64,000 bases of DNA, from contig CM120648.1 in assembly GCA_051362555.1 (NCBI GenBank), positions 14,938,587-15,002,586 on the forward strand. The letters are read 5' to 3'. Under the pieces are notes generated by a model. That model saw only the letters and a program-made list of their open reading frames with translations, had not been told where the DNA came from and searched no databases. Position 1 is the first letter of the stretch; each line of letters opens with the position of its first letter. A program made the translations under genes and the position numbers. This DNA is from Lingula anatina (taxonomy: Eukaryota > Animalia > Brachiopoda). Of the stretch, positions 1 through 9,800 are shown one piece after another.

Positions 1-191
1 GCTTATCAATTGACTGTGTGTAATGAAAACTACTTTTCGGACATTATACTGAAGAAAACCGATAATAATGTGAAAACAGAGGCAAATTTCAAGGATTAAA
101 ATAGTTAAATGTTAATAATTTTGACAAATGTGGTCTAATATTTGTGAAATTTGTACAAATGATGCTTAACAACTGTAAAAATCTGAGATAA
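1..191 (+). repeat. Representative 191 bp AT-rich satellite monomer (B type, aatgtgaaaac variant)
   Basis: gcttatcaattgactgtgtgtaatg... restarts as gattatcagttgcctgagtctaatg at 192. About 52 G+C in 191 nt. Unit length variants differ by exactly 191 and 382 bp. Confidence 0.95.
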
Positions 192-383
192 GATTATCAG
201 TTGCCTGAGTCTAATGAAACAGATTTTTTCACACAATATATCTGAGAAAACTGAAAATTACATTGAAATCAATGGCAAATTAAAGCCTTAAAATAGTTAA
301 ACATTAATAATTGTGACAAAACTGGTCCAATCTTTGTGAAATTTGTGTAAATGATGCTTTACAACAATAAAAATATGAGAAAA
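192..383 (+). repeat. C-type monomer (moderately diverged; always immediately precedes the core)
   Basis: Colinear with 1..191 but carries fixed diagnostic differences (gttgcctgagtc, ttcacacaa, acattgaaatcaatgg, aaaactggtccaatc) that recur at the same position in each unit. Confidence 0.92.
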
Positions 384-391
384 GCTTATCA

Positions 392-837
392 CGCCCTGTG
401 TCTATTTTAAGTTTTTTTTTATTGCCAATTCATATCAGAAGAGTGAGAATTTACGAAAACAAATATTTCAATATTCCAATAAATCATTTTATCTCAAATA
501 AAACATCAAATGTGATGACTTGTGTTTGTTTGTGTAGAAAGTGGCAAATTACCTATTATTGTCTTCTGACATACAACATATACCCATTCAAGACTTCTCC
601 TTACTACCAATACAAGATGCCGATTCCTCCTTACAGTGGGTTTCTGGAATCGGTCCGTTAGCACACCATTTGACAATGTCCTAAATCTTCCCACATATTA
701 TGTATTGTACACATGGATGAGACATAGCGCTGCTCTTGATGTTGTCTCTCAATGCCTGTTTTTTTCTTAGCCATGAAGAGACAGAAAGAGCCTGCCAACC
801 AAAAAGCCACAAGGCTGCAATATGGAAGGTTTACCTG
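392..837 (+). repeat. Core segment present once per unit (55 copies); probably strongly diverged monomers, higher GC in its 3' part
   Basis: Nearly identical in all units. 581..840 is ~43% GC versus ~27% for the monomers. It contains in-register monomer motifs (see findings). Confidence 0.8.
620..653. other. Perfect 8 bp inverted repeat CCGATTCC-N18-GGAATCGG in the core (repeated in most units)
   Basis: Arms read directly at 620..627 and 646..653. Confidence 0.85.
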
Positions 838-3800
838 GAAAAAGGGCAAATTTCATGGAATAAAATAGTTAAATGTTATTAATTTTGACAAATATGGTCT
901 AATGTTTGTGAAATTTGTATAAATGATGCCTAATAACAATAAAAATCTGACATAAGCTTATCAATTGACTGTGTGTAATGAAAACTATTTTTCGGACAAT
1001 ATATTGAAGAAAACTGAAAATAACGTTGAAAACAAAGGCAAATTTCAAGGATTAAAATAGTTAAATGTTAATAATTTTGACAAATGTGGTCTAATGTTTC
1101 TGAAATTTGTACATATGATGCCTAATAACAATAAAAATCTGACATAAGCTTTTCAATTGACTGTGTGTAATGAAAACTATTTTTTGGACAATATACTGAA
1201 GAAAACCGAAAATAACGTTGAAAACAGAGGCAAATTATAAGGATTAAAATAGTTAAATGTTAATAATTTTGACAAATGTAGTCAAATATTTGTGAAATTT
1301 GTACAAATGATGCTTAACAACTGTAAAAATCTGAGATAAGATTATCAGTTGCCTGAGTCTAATGAAACAGATTTTTTCACACAATATATTTGAGAAAACT
1401 GAAAATTACATTGAAATCAATGGCAAGTTATATGGCTTAAAATAGTTAAACATTAATAATTGTGACAAAACTGGTCCAATCTTTGTGAAATTTGTGTAAA
1501 TGATGCTTTACAACAATAAAAATATGAGAAAAATTTATCACGCCCTGTGTCTATTTTAAGTTTTTTTTTATTGCCAATTCATATCAGAAGAGTGAGAATT
1601 TACGAAAACAAATATTTCAATATTCCAATAAATCATTTTATCTCAAATAAAACATCAAATGTGATGACTTGTGTTTGTTTGTGTAGAAAGCGGCAAATTA
1701 CCTATTATTGTCTTCTGACATACAACATATACCCATTCAAGACTTCTCCTTACTACCAATACAAGATGCCGATTCCTCCTTACAGTGGCTTTCTGGAATT
1801 GGTCCGTTAGCACACCATATGACCATGTCCTAAATCTTCCCACATATTATGTATTGTACACATGAATGAGACATAGCACTGCTCTTGATGTTGTCTCTCA
1901 ATGCCTGTTTTTTTCTTAGCCATGAAGAGACAGAAAGAGTCTGCCAACCAAGAAGCCACAAGGCTGCAATATGGAAGGTTTACCTGGAAAAAGGGCAAAT
2001 TACATGGAATAAAATAGTTAAATGTTAATTATTTTGACAAATATGGTCTAATGTTTGTGAAATTTATACAAATGATGCCTAATAAGAATAAAAATCTGAC
2101 ATAAGCTTATCAATTGACTGTGTGTAATGAAAACTATTTTTCGGACAATATATTGAAGAAAACCGAAAATAACGTTGAAAACAGAGGCAAATTTCAAGGA
2201 TTAAAATAGTTAAATGTTAATAATTTTGACAAATGTAGTCTAATATTTGTGAAATTTGTACAAATGATGCTTAACAACTGTAAAAATCTGACATAGGCTT
2301 ATCAATTGACTGTGTGTAATGAAAACTACTTTTCGGACAATATACTGAAGAAAACCGATAATAATGTGAAAACAGAGGCAAATTTCAAGGATTAAAATAG
2401 TTAAATGTTAATAATTTTGACAAATGTGGTCTAATATTTGTGAAATTTGTACAAATGATGCTTAACAACTGTAAAAATCTGAGATAAGATTATCAGTTGC
2501 CTGAGTCTAATGAAACAGATTTTTTCACACAATATATCTGAGAAAACTGAAAATTACATTGAAATCAATGGCAAATTATATGCCTTAAAATAGTTAAACA
2601 TTAATAATTTTGACAAAACTGGTCCAATCTTTGTGAAATTTGTGTAAATGATGCTTTACAACAATAAAAATATGAGAAAAATTTATCACGCCCTGTGTCT
2701 ATTTTAAGTTTTTTTTTATTGCCAATTCATATCAGAAGAGTGAGAATTTACGAAAACAAATATTCCAATAGTCCAATAAATCATTTTATCTCAAATAAAA
2801 CATCAATTGTGATGACTTGTGTTTGTTTGTGTAGAAAGTGGCAAATTACCTATTATTGTCTTCTGACATACAACATATACCCATTCAAGACTTCTCCTTA
2901 CTACCAATACAAGATGCCGATTCCTCCTTACAGTGGGTTTCTGGAATCGGTCCGTTAGCACACCATTTGACCATGTCCTAAATCTTCCCACATATTATGT
3001 ATTGTACACATGGATGAGACATAGCGCTGCTCTTGATGTTGTCTCTCAATGCCTGTTTTTTTCTTAGCCATGAAGAGACAGAAAGAGCCTGCCAACCAAG
3101 AAGCCACAAGGCTGCAATATGGAAGGTTTACCTGGAAAAAGGGCAAATTTCATGGAATAAAATAGTTAAATGTTATTAATTTTGACAAATATGGTCTAAT
3201 GTTTGTGAAATTTGTATAAATGATGCCTAATAACAATAAAAATCTGACATAAGCTTATCAATTGACTGTGTGTAATGAAAACTATTTTTCGGACGATATA
3301 TTGAAGAAAACTGAAAATAACGTTGAAAACAAAGGCAAATTTCAAGGATTAAAATAGTTAAATGTTAATAATTTTGACAAATGTGGTCTAATGTTTCTGA
3401 AATATGTACATATGATGCCTAACAACTGTAAAAATCTGACATAGGCTTATCAATTGACTGTGTGTAATGAAAACTACTTTTCGGACATTATACTGAAGAA
3501 AACCGATAATAATGTGAAAACAGAGACAAATTTCAAGGATTAAAATAGTTAAATGTTAATAATTTTGACAAATGTGGTCTAATATTTGTGAAATTTGTAC
3601 AAATGATGCTTAACAACTGTAAAAATCTGAGATAAGATTATCAGTTGCCTGAGTCTAATGAAACAGATTTTTTCACACAATATATCTGAGAAAACTGAAA
3701 ATTACATTGAAATCAATGGCAAATTAAAGCCTTAAAATAGTTAAACATTAATAATTGTGACAAAACTGGTCCAATCTTTGTGAAATTTGTGTAAATGATG

Positions 3801-6800
3801 CTTTACAACAATAAAAATATGAGAAAAGCTTATCACGCCCTGTGTCTATTTTAAGTTTTTTTTTATTGCCAATTCATATCAGAAGAGTGAGAATTTACGA
3901 AAACAAATATTTCAATATTCCAATAAATCATTTTATCTCAAATAAAACATCAAATGTGATGACTTGTGTTTGTTTGTGTAGAAAGTGGCAAATTACCTAT
4001 TATTGTCTTCTGACATACAACATATACCCATTCAAGACTTCTCCTTACTACCAATACAAGATGCCGATTCCTCCTTACAGTGGGTTTCTGGAATCGGTCC
4101 GTTAGCACACCATTTGACAATGTCCTAAATCTTCCCACATATTATGTATTGTACACATGGATGAGACATAGCGCTGCTCTTGATGTTGTCTCTCAATGCC
4201 TGTTTTTTTCTTAGCCATGAAGAGACAGAAAGAGCCTGCTAACCAAAAAGCCACAAGGCTGCAATATGGAAGGTTTACCTGGAAAAAGGGCAAATTTCAT
4301 GGAATAAAATAGTTAAATGTTATTAATTTTGACAAATATGGTCTAATGTTTGTGAAATTTGTATAAATGATGCCTAATAACAATAAAAATCTGACATAAG
4401 CTTATCAATTGACTGTGTGTAATGAAAACTATTTTTCGGACAATATATTGAAGAAAACTGAAAATAACGTTGAAAACAAAGGCAAATTTCAAGGATTAAA
4501 ATAGTTAAATGTTAATAATTTTGACAAATGTGGTCTAATGTTTCTGAAATTTGTACATATGATGCCTAATAACAATAAAAATCTGACATAAGCTTTTCAA
4601 TTGACTGTGTGTAATGAAAACTATTTTTTGGACAATATACTGAAGAAAACCGAAAATAACGTTGAAAACAGAGGCAAATTATAAGGATTAAAATAGTTAA
4701 ATGTTAATAATTTTGACAAATGTAGTCAAATATTTGTGAAATTTGTACAAATGATGCTTAACAACTGTAAAAATCTGAGATAAGATTATCAGTTGCCTGA
4801 GTCTAATGAAACAGATTTTTTCACACAATATATTTGAGAAAACTGAAAATTACATTGAAATCAATGGCAAGTTATATGGCTTAAAATAGTTAAACATTAA
4901 TAATTGTGACAAAACTGGTCCAATCTTTGTGAAATTTGTGTAAATGATGTTTTACAACAATAAAAATATGAGAAAAGCTTATCACGCCCTGTGTCTATTT
5001 TAAGTTTTTTTTTATTGCCAATTCATATCAGAAGAGTGAGAATTTACGAAAACAAATATTTCAATATTCCAATAAATCATTTTATCTCAAATAAAACATC
5101 AAATGTGATGACTTGTGTTTGTTTGTGTAGAAAGTGGCAAATTACCTATTATTGTCTTCTGACATACAACATATACCCATTCAAGACTTCTCCTTACTAC
5201 GAATACAAGATGCCGATTCCTCCTTACAGTGGGTTTCTGGAATCGGTCCGTTAGCACACCATTTGACCATGTCCTAAATCTTCCCACATATTATGTATTG
5301 TACACATGAATGAGACATAGCACTGCTCTTGATGTTGTCTCTCAAAGCCTGTTTTTTTCTTAGCCATGAAGAGACAGAAAGAGTCTGCCAACCAAGAAGC
5401 CACAAGGCTGCAATATGGAAGGTTTACCTGGAAAAAGGGCAAATTACATGGAATAAAATAGTTAAATGTTAATTATTTTGACAAATATGGTCTAATATTT
5501 GTGAAATTTGTACAAATAATGCCTAATAACAATAAAAATCTGACATAAGCTTATCAATTGACTGTGTGTAATGAAAACTATTTTTCGGACAATATACTGA
5601 AGAAAACCGAAAATAACGTTGAAAACAGAGGCAAATTTCAAGGATTAAAATAGTTAAATGTTAATAATTTTGACAAATGTAGTCTAATATATGTGAAATT
5701 TGTACAAATGATGCTTAACAACTGTAAAAATCTGACATAGGCTTATCAATTGACTGTGTGTAATGAAAACTACTTTTCGGACATTATACTGAAGAAAACC
5801 GATAATAATGTGAAAACAGAGGCAAATTTCAAGGATTAAAATAGTTAAATGTTAATAATTTTGACAAATGTAGTCAAATATTTGTGAAATTTGTACAAAT
5901 GATGCTTAACAACTGTAAAAATCTGAGATAAGATTATCAGTTGCCTGAGTCTAATGAAACAGATTTTTTCACACAATATATTTGAGAAAACTGAAAATTA
6001 CATTGAAATCAATGGCAAGTTATATGGCTTAAAATAGTTAAACATTAATAATTGTGACAAAACTGGTCCAATCTTTGTGAAATTTGTGTAAATGATGCTT
6101 TACAACAATAAAAATATGAGAAAAATTTATCACGCCCTGTGTCTATTTTAAGTTTTTTTTTATTGCCAATTCATATCAGAAGAGTGAGAATTTACGAAAA
6201 CAAATATTTCAATATTCCAATAAATCATTTTATCTGAAATAAAAAAATCAAATGTGATGATTTGTGTTTGTTTGTGTAGGAAGTGGCAAATTACCTATTA
6301 TTGTCTTCTGAAAAACAACATATACCCATTCAAGACTTCTCCTTACTACCAATACAAGATGCCAATTCCTCCTTACAGTGGGTTTCTGGAATCGGTCCGT
6401 TAGCACACCATTTGACCATGTCCTAAATCTTCCCACATATTATGTATTGTACACATGAATGAGACATAGCACTGCTCTTGATGTTGTCTCTCAATGCCTG
6501 TTTTTTTCTTAGCCATGAAGAGACAGAAAGAGTCTGCCAACCAAGAAGCCACAAGGCTGCAATATGGAAGGTTTACCTGGAAAAAGGGCAAATTACATGG
6601 AATAAAATACTTAAATGTTAATTATTTTGACAAATATGGTCTAATGTTTGTGAAATTTGTACAAATAATGCCTAATAACAATAAAAATCTGACATAAGCT
6701 TATCAATTGACTGTGTGTAATGAAAACTATTTTTCGGACAATATACTGAAGAAAACCGAAAATAACGTTGAAAACAGAGGCAAATTTCAAGGATTAAAAT

Positions 6801-9800
6801 AGTTAAATGTTAATAATTTTGACAAATGTAGTCTAATATTTGTGAAATTTGTACAAATGATGCTTAACAACTGTAAAAATCTGACATAGGCTTATCAATT
6901 GACTGTGTGTAATGAAAACTACTTTTCGGACATTATACTGAAGAAAACCGATAATAATGTGAAAACAGAGGCAAATTTCAAGGATTAAAATAGTTAAATG
7001 TTAATAATTTTGACAAATGTGGTCAAATATTTGTGAAATTTGTACAAATGATGCTTAACAACTGTAAAAATCTGAGATAAGATTATCAGTTGCCTGAGTC
7101 TAATGAAACAGATTTTTTCACACAATATATTTGAGAAAACTGAAAATTACATTGAAATCAATGGCAAGTTATATGGCTTAAAATAGTTAAACATTAATAA
7201 TTGTGACAAAACTGGTCCAATCTTTGTGAAATTTGTGTAAATGATGCTTTACAACAATAAAAATATGAGAAAAATTTATCACGCCCTGTGTCTATTTTAA
7301 GTTTTTTTTTATTGCCAATTCATATCAGAAGAGTGAGAATTTACGAAAACAAATATTTCAATATTCCAATAAATCATTTTATCTGAAATAAAAAAATCAA
7401 ATGTGATGATTTGTGTTTGTTTGTGTAGGAAGTGGCAAATTACCTATTATTGTCTTCTGAAAAACAACATATACCCATTCAAGACTTCTCCTTACTACCA
7501 ATACAAGATGCCAATTCCTCCTTACAGTGGGTTTCTGGAATCGGTCCGTTAGCACACCATTTGACCATGTCCTAAATCTTCCCACATATTATGTATTGTA
7601 CACATGAATGAGACATAGCACTGCTCTTGATGTTGTCTCTCAATGCCTGTTTTTTTCTTAGCCATGAAGAGACAGAAAGAGTCTGCCAACCAAGAAGCCA
7701 CAAGGCTGCAATATGGAAGGTTTACCTGGAAAAAGGGCAAATTACATGGAATAAAATACTTAAATGTTAATTATTTTGACAAATATGGTCTAATGTTTGT
7801 GAAATTTGTACAAATAATGCCTAATAACAATAAAAATCTGACATAAGCTTATCAATTGACTGTGTGTAATGAAAACTATTTTTCGGACAATATACTGAAG
7901 AAAACCGAAAATAACGTTGAAAACAGAGGCAAATTTCAAGGATTAAAATAGTTAAATGTTAATAATTTTGACAAATGTAGTCTAATATTTGTGAAATTTG
8001 TACAAATGATGCTTAACAACTGTAAAAATCTGACATAGGCTTATCAATTGACTGTGTGTAATGAAAACTACTTTTCGGACATTATACTGAAGAAAACCGA
8101 TAATAATGTGAAAACAGAGGCAAATTTCAAGGATTAAAATAGTTAAATGTTAATAATTTTGACAAATGTGGTCCAATATTTGTGAAATTTGTACAAATGA
8201 TGCTTGACAACTGTAAAAATCTGAGATAAGATTATCAGTTGCCTGAGTCTAATGAAACGGATTTTTTCACACAATATATCTGAGAAAACTGAAAATTACA
8301 TTGAAATCAATGGCAAATTATATGCCTTAAAATAGTTAAACATTAATAATTTTGACAAAACTGGTCCAATCTTTGTGAAATTTGTGTAAATGATGCTTTA
8401 CAACAATAAAAATATGAGAAAAATTTATCACGCCCTGTGTCTATTTTAAGTTTTTTTTTATTGCCAATTCATATCAGAAGAGTGAGAATTTACGAAAACA
8501 AATATTTCAATATTCCAATAAATCATTTTATCTCAAATAAAACATCAAATGTGATGACTTGTGTTTGTTTGTGTAGAAAGTGGCAAATTACCTATTATTG
8601 TCTTCTGACATACAACATATACCCATTCAAGACTTCTCCTTACTACCAATACAAGATGCCGATTCCTCCTTACAGTGGCTTTCTGGAATTGGTCCGTTAG
8701 CACACCATTTGACCATGTCCTAAATCTTCCCACATATTATGTATTGTACACATGAATGAGACATAGCACTGCTCTTGATGTTGTCTCTCAATGCCTGTTT
8801 TTTTCTTAGCCATGAAGAGACAGAAAGAGTCTGCCAACCAAGAAGCCACAAGGCTGCAATATGGAAGGTTTACCTGGAAAAAGGGCAAATTACATGGAAT
8901 AAAATAGTTAAATGTTAATTATTTTGACAAATATGGTCTAATGTTTGTGAAATTTATACAAATGATGCCTAATAAGAATAAAAATCTGACATAAGCTTAT
9001 CAATTGACTGTGTGTAATGAAAACTATTTTTCGGACAATATATTGAAGAAAACCGAAAATAACGTTGAAAACAGAGGCAAATTTCAAGGATTAAAATAGT
9101 TAAATGTTAATAATTTTGACAAATGTAGTCTAATATTTGTGAAATTTGTACAAATGATGCTTAACAACTGTAAAAATCTGACATAGGCTTATCAATTGAC
9201 TGTGTGTAATGAAAACTACTTTTCGGACAATATACTGAAGAAAACCGATAATAATGTGAAAACAGAGGCAAATTTCAAGGATTAAAATAGTTAAATGTTA
9301 ATAATTTTGACAAATGTGGTCTAATATTTGTGAAATTTGTACAAATGATGCTTAACAACTGTAAAAATCTGAAATAAGATTATCAGTTGCCTGAGTCTAA
9401 TGAAACAGATTTTTTCACACAATATATCTGAGAAAACTGAAAATTACATTAAAAAAATCAATGGCAAATTATATGCCTTAAAATAGTTAAACATTAATAA
9501 TTTTGACAAAACTGGTCCAATCTTTGTGAAATTTGTGTAAATGATGCTTTACAACAATAAAAATATGAGAAAAATTTATCACGCCCTGTGTCTATTTTAA
9601 GTTTTTTTTTATTGCCAATTCATATCAGAAGAGTGAGAATTTACGAAAACAAATATTCCAATATTCCAATAAATCATTTTATCTCAAATAAAACATCAAT
9701 TGTGATGACTTGTGTTTGTTTGTGTAGAAAGTGGCAAATTACCTATTATTGTCTTCTGACATACAACATATACCCATTCAAGACTTCTCCTTACTACCAA

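Larger units (their letters stand above)
384..1532 (+). repeat. First complete HOR unit (1,149 bp): core ~392..837, conserved half-monomer ~838..955, monomers A 956..1147, B 1148..1339, C 1340..1532
   Basis: Monomer starts (gctt/gatt following acataa/agataa/agaaaa) lie at 384, 956, 1148, 1340 and 1533. Satellite homology resumes at gaaaaagggcaaatttcatggaataaaatagttaaatg (~838). Confidence 0.9.

Noticed and set aside
1-191. Assignment to a named satellite family or species
   Set aside because: Monomer size resembles several animal satellites, but I cannot match the sequence from memory. It needs a Dfam, Repbase or BLAST search.
512-569. Box C/D snoRNA-like pair (GTGATGA ... CTGA)
   Set aside because: No convincing terminal stem and no rRNA-antisense element that I can recognise. 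Both motifs coincide with in-register satellite remnants (caaatgtg, tctgacata). snoscan or Infernal would settle it.
626-633. Shine-Dalgarno-like TAAGGAGG on the minus strand
   Set aside because: No suitably placed start codon or ORF follows, and the context is eukaryotic-type satellite.
398-661. Repeated 87 aa plus-strand ORF (MSILSFFLL...)
   Set aside because: Starts at GTG, has no recognisable domain, and is broken by a stop or frameshift in several units (6139, 7288, 10735, 11878). It recurs only because the DNA is repeated.
506-694. Repeated 62 aa minus-strand ORF (MGRFRT...)
   Set aside because: Short, overlaps two other ORFs, has no family resemblance, and the variants are non-synonymous.
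394-846. DNA transposon or MITE bounded by CCCT...AGGG
   Set aside because: Only 4 bp of terminal inversion, no TTAA or other target-site duplication, and both ends align with satellite sequence.
990-1006. CENP-B box (TTCG....A..CGGG)
   Set aside because: TTCGGACAA supplies TTCG and the A, but the essential CGGG is absent.
6494-6697. 67 aa ORF (MPVFFLAMKRQ...) in a few units
   Set aside because: Exists only where point changes (e.g. TAG>TAC) remove stops, and it reads into satellite monomer sequence.
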